Below the pieces are notes generated by a model that worked only from the letters and a program-made list of their open reading frames with translations, did not search any database and was not told the DNA's origin. From Dimorphilus gyrociliatus (taxonomy: Eukaryota; Animalia; Annelida), in NCBI GenBank assembly GCA_904063045.1, contig CAJFCJ010000002.1:992001-1056000 (forward strand): a stretch of DNA of 64,000 nt, given 5' to 3'. The number at the start of each line of letters is the position of its first letter. Within the stretch, counting starts at the first letter, position 1. Position numbers and translations under genes: made by a program. Positions 20,458 to 34,139 of this stretch are shown here, in pieces.

Positions 20458-21213
20458 ATGGCGACGATAAGTGGTCTATTCTCAAGTCAAGGAATTTGTG
20501 TTAAAGTTATTCATAATAATGGTGAAAGTGTTGAAAAAAATCCAGCGTTTAAAAGACTCATGTACCGTTTGAAAAGGTTTGCAGCTCTTCAATTGTGACT
20601 GCTATCGAACGCTATTGTTTAGCTTATATGTTGATATTTTAATCTGAGTTCCACGCTTTGTTAGTTTGTGTTTGCTATTCTATTTGTCCAACGATTGCCT
20701 GAACCTCTTATTGACTTTTCTTTTACTTATAACTTTTGATAACGCACATGAATTCGGATTCACGTTCCTCTGTAGTTCGTCTACGTTTTTATCATAGAAC
20801 TTTGAGTTGTCCACTTCCGGCACGTTCATACTTTTCGGATTTAAATTATCATAGGTGAGTGGGAAAAATCAATAAACCCTCATTTAGTTTACATAGGACG
20901 ACGATATTCGAGGCTTTGTCTAGAGGAATCAGCCATAGATTAATCGATGAACACTGTACATAGATACTATGCACTTTGGCTAACAGTTTCTCTCAATGGC
21001 TAATCGCTATATATTCCTAACTGTTCAACCAAAATTTGTTGAATCCAAAAAAAGTAATCAATACGCTTTTCCAAAGATCAACAATCATACAGAAAGAAAA
21101 TCATGCAAGATTCTGAAAAAACGAAATTCACACTTTGGATATTCTATCTCCGTATCTATGTATGGAAATATTTGGCCCTATCAGTGAGTTTAAAATATAG
21201 ATGGCCTTACTGA
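20458..21213 (+). CDS. Putative small spliced gene of unknown function
   Basis: ORF segments at 20458-20598, 20748-20854, 20897-20963 and 20987-21187. A strong GTGAGT...TTTACATAG intron (20855-20896) keeps the frame. Full structure unresolved and no family recognised. Confidence 0.3.
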
Positions 21214-21570
21214 ATTAAATGTCAAAAAGTGAAATTATATTAGCGATATCTATCCAAAATTCTTTCTCAATTCTCAAAATTCTGTGTCAATCGGATGAGT
21301 CGCTCTACCACGTAAACGGAATGTTATATTTAAATTGTAAACATGTGTAATATATGAAAATCATCGTTTTTTTCTCCATTTTAAAAAGTTGGATAGGAAT
21401 CACTTAGAGACAGAGAGGGAAATTACGCTCTCTAAAACTTATCGACTTTAGCAGCTGCTCTGTTCAATATTCAATTGCAGACTATCCGTTGTTTATCACT
21501 ATTCTCTTTTTTTTATTTTGAGTATCTTCTGCCTTTCTACATCTTTTCAACTTTTCTCAAAAAATTTCTT

Positions 21571-22732
21571 ATGACAAATACGACTTGTCGTTCACTCGGA
21601 TTAAGAAAAAGTCTTATTGGTTGCCTTCCATATGACAGCATGATATTAAAGTTCAGATCGGATAAGGACGCGCCCAAAAAACTACCAGAGATTACGTTGG
21701 AATGGACAAGGTATATCGGCAGAAAAAATAATCCTTGCACACAAAAACAAACTATAGAAAAACAAGGATAAAGTTAAGAAAGTTAAATCAATTGAAATGC
21801 GCTTGGTTAAATACTCAATAGAAATCAATTTCGATTTTTTTTTAAAGGTCTATTGCTTTTGGTGCTTTATTGCCAATCATCGAGTTAGCAACGCTGATAA
21901 TGTGATATTTTTTTTTGCATTTCTCTCTTCTAATGTTTCAAATAGCAATAGTTCACCCAATAAACCTATCCTGAGTTTTTTTCGCCCCTTCCTCTTCCCC
22001 TCCCCCCCTTCCAATTTATTGATGAAGTGTTTTTCGGAAAAAAAACGGCCAACTATATTTCCATTGAGCATCGTTTCATCTTATAGGTTGAATATTTTTC
22101 TTATTTCTTTTCTTTATTATGTTAAACGTTTAATTTATTGTATTTACAGGCGTATAAGTAAATTGATTTTATCGATACATCCGTCTATTTTAAACAATAA
22201 TGCGGTTTTGTTTTTCAGTGCTACAACGATTCAAACAAGAAACAGTACTATCTGCCATGACTCATTTAACTCATCGAATAAATTTAACGATAACGCTAAC
22301 CCTACCACAAATCGTAAAACGTTTAAAGGCTTCTCAACTACAGAGAAACTTGAAAGCAATGAGACTATTCGAGGCAATGGCTTATTTAAGAATCGTCAAT
22401 TGTTGACATTAAATTCTTGCAATCATAATACAAATAGCGCTAATTTGTCGCCGTTGGAAAGTTTTGCTTCACCTGGACGAGCTCAAAAACCTTTAAATTC
22501 AGAGGAAAAAACAAGCTATTCTTATTCCCATTCTACGGCATATAGTAGAAAATTGAACACGCACCAACAAGTTTCCTACAAATTGAATTCTTCAATGGGA
22601 TATTTGGATCCAGTTTTTGGGGCCTCTTCACAATATCAACAACGCGTACAGGAAATAGCAGCGTTACAATTAGAAACCATAAAATGGGAAAGATCGAAGA
22701 AATTTCGAAGGAAAAAAGATAGTTTATTGTAA
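21571..22732 (+). CDS. Uncharacterised protein with C8orf89-like C-terminus; exon 21571-21710 spliced to 22150 or 22219
   Basis: C-terminal GYLDPVFGASSQYQQRVQEIAALQLETIKWE resembles (from memory) the DPxxGAxSQYxxR...IAxLxxxTIxxE motif of human C8orf89. Both acceptors are in frame. Confidence 0.6.
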
Positions 22733-22733
22733 A

Positions 22734-22764
<31 letters not shown>
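22733..22764 (+). repeat. (AAAG)8 microsatellite
   Basis: Eight tandem AAAG units immediately after the stop codon. Confidence 0.9.
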
Positions 22765-22765
<1 letters not shown>

Positions 22766-23019
22766 CATTAGTATAAAAAATATTTTCAAAGTTACAAACT
22801 TTTTAGTAATTAATTTAATAAAATTGATTTGAAAGTATGTCATTAAATCTTTGAAACGTCACCGAATTGTAATAAATAAAACCAATAACACTTTTTTTTT
22901 AATACTTGGGTAAATATAATTTTATGTTACATTGACAAGAAATAAAACATTCTTTAATCGCTCTCGGAAGGATAAAGCTACTATATAGCTGAATCAATAA
23001 GCTTTTATTGTTCAATTCC

Positions 23020-23403
23020 TCAATACCCTCGGTCACGCAAATAGCGAACAAGCCTTGAAACTAGACTGTACGCGTTACCAAGTTGAGCATTATCACATAG
23101 AGAAATTATTAAGAGCTTTGAGCCTTTACAAATTACACATGATCCAGATCCATTCGTTGACTTTCCTAATAGTACATCTCTTTCTTGTTGGACACAACTA
23201 AACCTCTTATCGCCTATCAATAATTCTTCAGCTGAGTCAATGAAAGCTTCGGATAGACGGAGAACGTGAAGCGGCTGGAGAGTTTTCAAACATTCTGTTC
23301 CTGCCCAACAAGAGCCGTCAGTGAGTCCATAGATGCCCGCTTCTTTCAGCCAACCTGTTACCAAGAGTGAATTTTCAATATAATCTCTCCAAGCTGTTGG
23401 CAT
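23020..23403 (-). CDS. Divergent intronless profilin-family protein (127 aa)
   Basis: N-terminal W-x-x-Y-I/V helix (AWRDYIE), AGIYGLTDGSCWA, and C-terminal LVRYLRDRGY matching the profilin pattern; length typical of profilins. Confidence 0.85.
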   Translation of the reverse strand: MPTAWRDYIENSLLVTGWLKEAGIYGLTDGSCWAGTECLKTLQPLHVLRLSEAFIDSAEELLIGDKRFSCVQQERDVLLGKSTNGSGSCVICKGSKLLIISLCDNAQLGNAYSLVSRLVRYLRDRGY

Positions 23404-23918
23404 AGTGAGTTACATCGCTTCTAGGGAGTATTAACGATATAAAATATGAACGAGCCTTCAACAGTCACGTGCCTACGTACACGTGACCGCCAAACTTTCA
23501 ATTATTAATTATTCATATAAGAATAAGACTTATTCCTCGTGAAATCCCTTAATTTATTCTTTATTTTATTTATTCTCATATAGACGTCAGTAGTGGTTGA
23601 TTTATGTCGCTATAACGACAATATATGCAGCTTAATTAAAAAGAGAGTCAATAATTCAATAAGTTTTTTTTCAATTTCTTACTAAAGTTAGTAAATATTT
23701 CACTAATACTTTCTCTATTAATAATAATTATGCAACTTTTAAATATTTCTTCTTTTCATACTTAAAATAATTTAAATATTTGCTTTTTCTTTTAGGGAAA
23801 AACAATGAAAAAATGTATTAATATAAAATTATTGTACTTGATACTTTTTATAACAAAAGAAAAAGCTTTGTCTGTAAAAATTTCCATACTTTTTCATGAA
23901 TATATTGCGAAAGTATTG

Positions 23919-23940
23919 TATATATATATATATATATATA
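23919..23940 (+). repeat. (TA)11 microsatellite
   Basis: Direct reading of the sequence. Confidence 0.9.
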
Positions 23941-24173
23941 AATTTACGGTACTTTCGACGATCTTGTAATTATAAATCACTTAAGCGTAATATAAGAAGC
24001 AATGCCTAAAGTTATTTTACTCTTTGTATTAACCATGAAGACGATTACCTGAATGACGTCATCAGGTGCGCGCCAAAAACCTTTGTTTGCCGCCAAAGAC
24101 AAAGACCGTTGTTTGACGCATTTCTTTGTCAATCCGCGAAATATCCGCGAACAGCTGCTGATATCGGTTCCTG

Positions 24174-24187
24174 GTTGCCATAGAAAC
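24174..24187. promoter_or_regulatory. RFX X-box
   Basis: GTTGCCATAGAAAC, close to the GTTNCCATGGNAAC consensus, in a GC-richer block that also has a full CRE (24054-24061). Confidence 0.55.
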
Positions 24188-26599
24188 GATTTGCGCGGGC
24201 TTTTCTCTGTCCGCACTCGCTATTCTGTAGTCAGTCCAGCTCCATCATCAGATGCAGTATGCTGCAGTCGGATTTTTTTAATTTATATTATTGTTACTGG
24301 ATATTAATGACAACATCTCAGGATAGATAATGGAGTAGTTTAGACCATTGTTAATTGGATATCTGAACAATTATCGATTTAAGAATATTCATTACAGTAA
24401 GCATGTGACTTTTTGTTTCTTACGCAATCTGATAGTACTCTTACCTTTTAACACATTACATTCATACTAATTGGTAAGAACATACCAATTGGTTTGATAG
24501 AAAAGATTGAATCTCCCTAAAATGGAGGGTTATTGTGAAAGAAACAAAGGAGGAGAGCAATAAACACGATGTGTTAATTATCGATTCGAAACAATGCAGG
24601 AGACTTCTTTGTTCTCTTTATTTTCATTAGTTACAATGTATGTACGCATTCTAAAATAGAATGAAGCGTTATCTTTATCTCCATAAAAATAATCTATCAA
24701 TTAAAATCAAATTAGCATCTTGACTTTTTAATTTTGATAAGAAGAAAGACTTTTCATAGAAAATTCAATTAATGATAAATTCATTGCTATATACTTCCTT
24801 ATTTATTTACTAGCTTTATATTTAATCTGTTAAAATGTTTAGAATAAATATTCTATTCATAAAATTTAAATTTTATTTAATTCTTTATGCTGCGTAAATA
24901 TTTTTCTTTATGTTTATCGCAAAAGAATAAAGATTTAGTAAAATTTTCAAATTTAAGCCTTTAGCTTATTATTTAATATGAAACTTCGTTTAAACAGTTC
25001 TAAATTTTTATTTTTTACATTATTTATTAAGAAAATTTTAAATTTAATATTGCCGCCTTTGTGTAAAGCGACATCTAGAGTTCAGAATAATTTATATCCA
25101 CTTGGTGTCGCTTCTGTAGGAATAAATTATAAATTAAAATGGACTTTTGCACTGCCCTCTATTGGTATTCGAAAATATTATGTAAACAGTAGATGGCTCT
25201 CTGGTCGGTCTTATGCTGCGCCATCTAGTATACTTTGTAAAAACTGCCTCTGTACGAAGGGATTGTTGAGCTAGATTACGCTATCCGTCCTCCGAATTTC
25301 AACTTAAAAATGTAATAAAATCTAAAACTTAAGCAATAACAAAGCCACTAATGTTGTTAATTAAAGAAAATAGAGATAGGTATATAATTTAACATTGTGC
25401 ACTTTAATGATTTCTAACGTCCGTCATTCGACTTTTATGTTATTCTATAGAGCCGTTGTACAAATTCATTAATGAGTAATATACTGATTAATTATAAGTC
25501 ATCTCCTGATGTATATTTGTCATATAATGTATATGAGTAGAAAATTTTCTTAAAAACTCAGAAATTTAAGGAACCTAACAATTTTCCTCATTTTTATCAT
25601 ACAGAAACGAATAGTTATAGAATTATGTAGTTTTTTCTTATTTACCTATTGGAAATATGAATTTTAAAGTATTATATTATAGCAAACAAAGAGTTTATTA
25701 GGATTTAACGCGACATTTATTATTCGCCAACATATCCTAAACAGTCCGACCAACGAATGTAGACAGCTCGTTCAAGCTTTTCCCGCATGAGAGTGTTTGT
25801 TGTTCATATTCTATCTATTCAATAAATCGATTATTACAAAGATACGTTGAAGTTTTATAGAAATTACCAAGGAAAAAAACTATTTATATATAAATAGTAT
25901 ATATATTTTAACAATTAATAAAATCAACTTAATTTTCTTATCAAACGAAATATAGACGAAAACTAGTTTTCATCAGCGTCAGTCGTTTTTTTCCCCCTTA
26001 CATCAAACGAGAGTTTTTTGTACATTAAACAATTACTTTAAAAACTATACAACTTATTCGAAATTACTTTTTTTTTATCAAGACATTCAATCGAAGTTGA
26101 TAGATTGTAAAGTTTTTTTTCTGTAGTATATGAAAGGGAAGGCGTTCGTTTTGGTGGGAAAGAAACACTAAGAGGAGAGAGAGAAAACACCAATACATAC
26201 TCTTAATTATTTAGCTACAGTTGAAAGTGTCTAGCACAAATAGAATTTTGAGTTTTATATGAATTATTCAAGAAAAAATTCGAGTAAAATTGAATACGGA
26301 GCTTGTCATTATCAGGCACGAAGTTTTTATGACATCATGCGGAAAAGTCGTAGGATTATGAAGTTTCATTAAGGCTGCGTACATGTATTCTGGGTGTAGA
26401 AGCTTTAACGGATCACAATACTTTGTACATTAAGGAAGTTGGGACTAATTCAAGATATAATTACCGGGACTTCTATATTAGTATTTTCATTATAAAAGTA
26501 AAAAGTTTAGTTATAAATTGTTTTTGAGCACAAAGTGAACTTTTCATCTACTTCTGACATAAGCAAACCGGTTGTATATTTGGGACAAAAAAAATCGGG

Positions 26600-29500
26600 G
26601 TGACGCTATGCACAATCACGTGATGGAGACGCTATAGCCAGATGGCGTCCTTTCACGGTGCCTCGAAATATATGTAAATAAGGCACGTGCACGTCAATGC
26701 TGACACCATTATTGATTATAATAGAGTTTTATGATTTTATCTCTTTAATTTTAGCCATAAATACACAACAACGTACGTGAAATTGTACTTAATCACGTGT
26801 TTAAAACCTTTTCATTTTTCTTGGCAGTTTGTACAAAAACGAAAGAAGTGAATAAAATTTTCTAATAATATGCCCTCTGACCTTTGAATAATTAACAAAG
26901 TAAAGTTTGTAAAGGGAAATCTTTTAATATATATTTCTAGTGAGAAAAAACTTGAAATTACAGAGTTACAAAAAGAAAGGCGGTCCTGTTATAGTGACTA
27001 AGAGCGTTGAACATCTGTCGCCAGGAAATTTCCTGAACAGTTATAGAAAGGGCACCTGCCATGCAGCGCATGCGTTGGAATAAGTGGTTGGATGAAGATG
27101 GATGCTTTTTTGAACACAATGCCTTATATGGAAAATTTTGAATGAGCGCCAACCGTTGTTCTTTGTTGACGGTCCACTGCGTTTATGATTCAAAATTCAA
27201 GTTCCCGGACAAAGAGATGCTCTACACAAAGACGCAGATCCAGGTCTGGTGAACGTGACATCATAGGGAGGTCAATTAGTGCGATGCCTAGGAAATTACA
27301 ATGACAGAATGACAGCAGGGCGTCTTTTTGGCCATGAGCTAGACGCCCACAGAGTGACGCAACTTCCACACGTGTCATGCACGAGCCAGCCTCTATAGTT
27401 TCAGGAACCCCTGCGGCGTCAATATGTAAGAAGGAACTCATGTTTATTTCTATGCTTTCATGAAAAAAAACCTAGTTCAAGTAAAATTCATGCAAAGAAA
27501 AAGGAAAAAAGAGAAGGCGTGGCAGATGGCTGGTAGAGCACGTATGACGCAACAATAGCCTGTTAAGAACAGATGACGGAGAAATTCAACCATTCTAATC
27601 TCGTAATCAGATTTCGGTTTGCCTTTTCGGCAAGTGTGTCTGTCTTAACAGTTTTTTCAAATTTAAATAAAATGGAAGACAATCGCAGAATCTATTTATC
27701 TCATATTGATACGAAAAGTCGACAAGCAAACAGAGTCGTCTGTCTCGTGTTTGAACAGTCGGTTTTGAAGTATCCCAATACTTTCACGCTACCTTCATAT
27801 TGCAGTTAGCATTCATTAATCCTGTAAAGAGCTTTTTCCTACATAATGCGCCCGCATTAGGGATCGTCTACTCTTCTATATTTATCCACAAAAAATTAAA
27901 CAACTGCTCCTTAGAACTCTTTCTTGGCAGCTAAAAGAAATCGTAGCATCTTAGCCCCTAATTTATAAATTCTGTAACGACTACTAATTACATTTTCGTA
28001 GGATATTGAATTTCGCTGCCACTAATAACTATGTTTCAAACTTTTTTCCAATATATTTATTTAATAATAGTGATATTCGGTAACTTAAAAGAGATAGAGA
28101 CAAACAGGGGGTGGCCATCGGCGCTCAGTAATGACCTTCATCATGCACTTGGGGCGATCTAAATGCTTGAAAGGGAGAACATTGGAAGCGTGAATTACGT
28201 CATATTACTGTTATGTTCCTCGCAGGTGCGAATACAGGTGATTATTTTCTAGCGAACAGTTCTTTCATCTTTCACTGAATATTCACAAATTTTCCCTCGA
28301 AAACCCAAAACAATTTTTTATGCAAATTTTACTTTATAAGTGATTTTACGCGTGGCCATATATAGCTCTTAATCTTGAACACAGCAGATGACGTGTTCAC
28401 TAGTGCAAGACGCTAGCCACGTGCCCCTTTTTTTCCTTCTAGGCTGCACCTGCTTCCAGGTGCTCACTAGTAATATAAGACAAGGGTCGTCAGCGAATAC
28501 AGTCACCATGACGATTATCTATCGCGTGAGGAAGAAGCACGTGAATAGTTAATCTCTTCAATCTCGGCGTGCAATCCCCGCGACTGCAATATCGCAGAGA
28601 AATAATGGGTTAAAGGTCGTCATTTAACGAGACCCTGTCATTTGAAGGCAGTACGTATGGAAGGTTTGAACAGTTGTCAAGGCAACAAAAAGATTGCTCG
28701 GGGCTATATTATCGATTTACAGTTTTATAGTTTAATTAAAATTATCTCGAATTGAAAACTTTTTCCATTAGAGTGTTCATCTTTCAAATTGTAACAGTTA
28801 AAAAGGTATAAATAGTATAAAGCTGAACTTAACACGTATATCCCTCATTTTATAGGTTACTAAAGGGTGACACATTTGTATGCGTTCACGAGTGCCATGG
28901 GAGCTATGGCCGGCGTCGATTTCTGGTGAAAATCCGCAATGAAAACAAAACGTCGCACTTGAAAGCGGCTGCTGTAGTCTCGGTTCTTAAGTACTACGGC
29001 GCCAACTCTACGTAAACAAAGAGCATGGCTTTTTTCTTCTTTCCTTAATTCGTTGATTGCGTCATGTAACATCTGCCCTCAACTTGTGATATATTATTCC
29101 TCTTCCCGATCAAGGCCATCTATCGGGTCTGTGGCCTATGATATGAGCGCTCCCTATAGGCAGATATGATCGTTAAAAAGTTTGTTGTTGGTTGAAATAG
29201 TCTGTTATAAATGATAATAGTTGTTATAGAAATAAAGTAAATGGGTTAAAATCTTGCGAATCAACAATTTTCAACTTGATTGAGCTTGTTTGCTTGTTCC
29301 TGCACTCTTTGTAAACTCAGATAAGCGCTTGTTGAAATTTATAAAGAACTGTATGAGACTTCGATTTGGACAAAGTCGATAATATGACATCATATCGATA
29401 TACGAATAACAAGTTTCCTCTGACACGTATAATTGAATGTTTTTCGAACGATAACGGGAATCGGTGCGTGGAAGATTCGCAGTAAAGTTTAGCATTCACA

Positions 29501-32450
29501 AGGGAAATCAAATTCTATAGCTAAGACAGTGACAGATGAAAAACGAACAGTTTACGCACACGCATCGTTAATAATTGGATACGTGTGATGTAATGTGTAT
29601 TTTGTATTAAAATTTAAGAGCGAATGTGATTTTTTTTTTACTTTCAGTAAGTTGTTTATCAGTTATTGTAACAATGCCTGACGTAAACTGGCATAAGGAC
29701 AAACATATTTTGGCTTCTCTCCAAAATTGTTCGAAAAACTATTTAACTTATCTCAATAAAATCATTATTTATCCTGAAAATATAGATTTGTATGCGTAAG
29801 ATTTGCCAAAAGTATTTCGCACTTCATTATCTATTTGATTAGTTTTCTTCTTTTTTTGGCAATGAACATAGAAAATTTAAAAAAAAAAAGAAAAAGAGAA
29901 AACAACATTGTAATTTTTTTTTCTTTTTTGCTGTTCACAAATTATAAACCGACGCTAGCAGCCATGTCAACTGTCTGCGTTATTGATTGGGCGTCTAATT
30001 GTCTGCAATATACATCTAACGCTGCACATACAAGGATTTCAGCGTATACTGTTTAGCGTCAATGCGTTTTTTTTTCCATATACCGTTAGGTAATTTTTAG
30101 TTAAAACTAGTAGGAAAATTTATGAAGATGTATGAATATAAATAAACTAAGTGACTAATAAGATATTACTCAACAAATGATTTACTCTACAAACTGTTAC
30201 TGTATTAATTAAGATTTCGAAATTTCGGTCAATAAAACGACTTTAATGGAACTGTTACATCTGTTTATACATATACATACAAGTATAATGTCAATATATT
30301 GTATATATAGGTGACATATTTATATTTTGCTAATAAATATTAAAACGAAGATCTTGTTGAATTTTAAAGATAAGCCTGCTGTACAATTAGAAAAGATATA
30401 TACATTATAAAAAACAAGTTGTAACTATTGATTTTATATCGAAATAATAACTACCGTAGTAATAATGAATAATCTAATTGCTAGCTTGAACATATTTCTC
30501 AAATATATTGATAATGGAATAAACTATTGTTAAGAAAGACGACTTGTATATATGTCTGACCTCTGAATGACCATTGAACGTGAGACAAACAAGAACAAAC
30601 GACTTGCGTAATCCCCGCTTTGCTTATTCGAGTTTTAGCAAGGCTATGCGCGGATTTGAAAGTTGACTGTAGCTAATGAAGTCGTTCCAAAATATCAAAA
30701 ATCTAGAGGTATTACATCACTAGTGTGTTAGCAAGACTTTTTTTCAAGTTTCAGAGACTATATATGAACTTTGAAGGGGAGCGGTCAAGAAACGATTAAA
30801 GTTGAACAGCACGCGAAATAGAGGTTAGTTTATGCCGTCACGCGACGCGGACACGTGCTAGGCAGGTGCAGAGCATAGAAGAAAACAATTGGTCCTTCTA
30901 GGCAACGCGTACACATATATACACTTATATAGTATAAATGTGTACATCAAATAGGGAGGCAGGTGCAGTTTATTCACTCAACCGTATCTAATAGCAGTGC
31001 GCGGAGGCGTCTTGCTTATTTTTTTCCCTCTCTGCCCACCTTCAACTGACTGTGTATTTATAGTCTAAAGCCATATTAGTGCCGTTTAAGTAAACTAATA
31101 CATCTAGTTAAAAAATAGAATTCTATGAACATTAGTAGGCTTTATCAATTTGCCACTGAATAATTGTCCGTTCCTGGAGTAAAGTAAATTGCATAGTAAA
31201 TAGAAAGAAACAATCGAAAAAAGACGACAGAGGCTAATTACCGATAATTACTCCTTCTCTAAAAGTTAGAGACGAATAATTGGACCGTCGTTATGGGAGA
31301 TTATTTGGATGTGTCAAAAAATTTACACACTATGTTGTCTATACATAATACACTCTAATTACTCACTTGCCGGATAGTCATAGCACATGGTACTAGAATT
31401 AATCATCCGAACGCGTGAACGCAAATATAATGAATAGGCTAACGCTACTAAGAGGAATTGCAGACGAAAGAAACCCGACACGCAGGAATAGATTGCCAAA
31501 GGGCACGCCGACTTAATTGCAGTACCGAAGCCGTTCACGACACGTGCCTAAATATGCATACACTAGTTTTTTGGGTAAATTCCCATTTTCTATGCGCTAT
31601 ATGATGAATTCAATTTATAATGTATAATAGTTCCACTTATAGCTTTGAATTTGAGAGAACGATGTCTTACAAGTTCTGTCGTTCCCGTGGTAACGACTTT
31701 CATAATCAATACGTCATTAAACTCTCCACACGCGCCGCTTGGAAGGTTGCCAAACTGCACCAGATGCGCTTGCTCTCAGACACGCCCCACTTTCTGACAA
31801 TTCAAGCGTGGCACCTGCCTAGAATAGATATAAAATAGACTTTATTAAAATTACTTATAGGAAAAATTCTATTAACTTAGGCTTTTCTATATGATAAGAA
31901 CAGGATTAATTTAAATATTAATTCAATTTTCTTGTATAGAATATTTATTTTTTAACCAAAATTTCGGCGGAACTTGTTGTCACCTCACTTATCATACTAT
32001 AACATTGTGCTTCCGCGGTTTTAGCAACATTTATACACCTTCCGCCCTTATAATTCTGCTCGTAATCATATCTATAACGCAAGTCGGAAGTAGAAGAAAA
32101 CTGCTTTGTAAGCCAAGGTTATGCACGCGCTCTTGCGCTGCTTAATTCCTCATTTAATAGTTTTAGATAAAAACTGCTTGATTGTTCACACCATCCATAA
32201 TAGACGAAAATGAAAGCGTGCAAGCGGCAATTACCATCATTTTCACCGGCCACTTCAAAGCGACTAGTTGAGTAATCTACGCTGACTGTGAGCGGGAATT
32301 GAACGGGTCTGGAAAAAACATATTCGATTAAACGTCCGACAGGTGCGTAATAAGACCAGCGAAGCTTGACAGGCAAGAGGAACAAAGGATGGCAGGTGCC
32401 TAGAACTTTTCTAGGCAGGTGACGGGGTCTAAAAACGCATCTGTCGGTTG
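26600..32450. promoter_or_regulatory. Putative SoxC upstream enhancer field
   Basis: Gene-free tract with GC-richer islands carrying 11 CAGGTG/CACCTG and 8 CACGTG E-boxes, an X-box (31681-94) and AP-1 sites just downstream (~32645, ~32712). Confidence 0.6.
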
Positions 32451-33005
32451 TGTCGTCGTTTTCCTGTATCAATAACGATTATAATGTGACATCAGCATTT
32501 CGGAACTGATTATTGTTCGGTAGCATTCACCAGTGGGCTTACATAGCGTTATAAGCATATTTATAAATTAATACATTAGGGATAACCACTATCATTTAAC
32601 CCTAAATCGATCGACAGATGGAGTTAGCGGTCGCATTAATTCATGACTCACTTATTTCCGAAGGAAGGGGGGAACTGGATTAGTAAGCAATCGATAAGAT
32701 GAGGAAACGCCTGACTCACGTAGTCGTCTTTTCCACCCAAAATTACATAGTTAATAATAAATCTACGCAAGTTTTAAGATATTTTATTAGTAAATCGTAG
32801 ATGTCGCCACTAATCAGAAACAAAACATTCTAATCGACAACTTTTAGTTGTAAGTTCTATCATAAATTACTGAAATATTGATTTATATTGCGTAACTAAA
32901 AGACAAATAAAAACGAATAAATTAATTTTCTTCTATTTATTTTTTAAAAATTCACATCGAACATAAATCCAAAGCCCGCGTAAAAATTCTCCTTTTATCA
33001 AACAG

Positions 33006-33092
33006 CCAATAGGCACTATAGACGGTATGGATTGATGCTGATTGGACGAGAGCAAGCTATAAAAAACGCGAACGACTGATCATCAAGCAGTA
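33006..33092 (+). promoter_or_regulatory. SoxC core promoter
   Basis: CCAAT (33006-10), reverse CCAAT (33041-45), TATAAAA (33058-64), Inr-like GCAGTA with A at 33089 (31 nt from the TATA T); ATG 100 nt downstream. Confidence 0.75.
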
Positions 33093-33188
33093 TCCTGGCC
33101 AACACGAGACGTTTTCTCATGTTTTAAAACTTGCCGTTTTTATTGTTTTTTTATACCCAAAACTTTTGGATATCTTTAATTTTGGCAA

Positions 33189-34139
33189 ATGGTGAAAATC
33201 ATGTCAGGCGATTTCATTGATCAGATCTTTGAACAGATCAGTCGAATGGACAATTCTAAGGTAATTTTCGGTTCTCAAACGGTAAACGAAGATTCATCAA
33301 CGCCTTATTCGGATGCGACCAACTGCAAAAAAACAACTTCTCACGTTAAACGGCCGATGAATGCGTTTATGGTTTGGTCGCAAATTGAAAGGCGAAAAAT
33401 ATCCGAGGTCGCTCCCGACCTACATAATGCCGAAATATCGAAGCGCCTAGGAAAGCGATGGAAAACTTTAAACGACGAAGAACGACAGCCTTTTGTAGAA
33501 GAAGCGGAGCGTTTACGTCTCCTGCACTTGAAAGAGTATCCAGATTACAAGTATAGACCGAGGAAAAAGCCAAAGAGTTGTGCTCCAGAAAGTAAACAAT
33601 CGCAGAATAGCCATCAGCTGGCTACCGTACAATCGAAGCAAAGAAAACTATCCCATAAATCAGGTATAACAAAACCATATAAGACCGTGCACAAAGTGAA
33701 GATAGACGACCGTCTCAAATCTTCTGTACGAGAAGCGCCTATGCCAATTACGATAGCTGCTCAACTTCCAACTTCTCCTACATCAACAGCCACACCAGAC
33801 TCACCCGACTTTTATTCACTAGATGAGAGCCCTGTCTCATCACCCGCGTCTAATGCAACAAGTTCATCCATATGTCCTCCACCAATGTCTGTACAGGAGT
33901 TGCAAAACGCTACTCTTGCTAGCCTGACGGCACTTCCGGCTGACGATCTGTCTCTTGATGACTTGGACAACATACCAATCAATGACGTTCTCGGCTGGCC
34001 CGGTTCAGAATGTGGAGATCCTACATCTACACCTACAATAACTTTTGCTGAGATGACGCCTGTTGGTTCAACTTTCGACGACATTGTCAATTTAAATCCT
34101 CCCGGTGTCAACGACTGGCTCGACTCGATTGCTCATTGA
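33189..34139 (+). CDS. SoxC: SoxC (Sox4/11/12-type) HMG-box transcription factor, intronless
   Basis: [11 protein letters not shown] followed by [20 protein letters not shown]...[13 protein letters not shown]...[20 protein letters not shown]; C-terminal DWLDSI remnant of the SoxC activation domain. Confidence 0.96.
   Translation: MVKIMSGDFIDQIFEQISRMDNSKVIFGSQTVNEDSSTPYSDATNCKKTTSHVKRPMNAFMVWSQIERRKISEVAPDLHNAEISKRLGKRWKTLNDEERQPFVEEAERLRLLHLKEYPDYKYRPRKKPKSCAPESKQSQNSHQLATVQSKQRKLSHKSGITKPYKTVHKVKIDDRLKSSVREAPMPITIAAQLPTSPTSTATPDSPDFYSLDESPVSSPASNATSSSICPPPMSVQELQNATLASLTALPADDLSLDDLDNIPINDVLGWPGSECGDPTSTPTITFAEMTPVGSTFDDIVNLNPPGVNDWLDSIAH

Noticed and set aside
26654-26700. TAAGGCACG (miR-124 5' end) in a short hairpin
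   Set aside because: Only the first 9 nt match and the stem is ~9 bp, far too short for a pre-miRNA; better explained as a CACGTG E-box.
24978-32472. 60-120 aa ORFs in the SoxC upstream tract (e.g. 24978, 27190, 28860, 29271, 31620, 32119)
   Set aside because: No recognisable motifs or splice partners, many start at non-ATG codons; they coincide with GC-richer enhancer-like islands.
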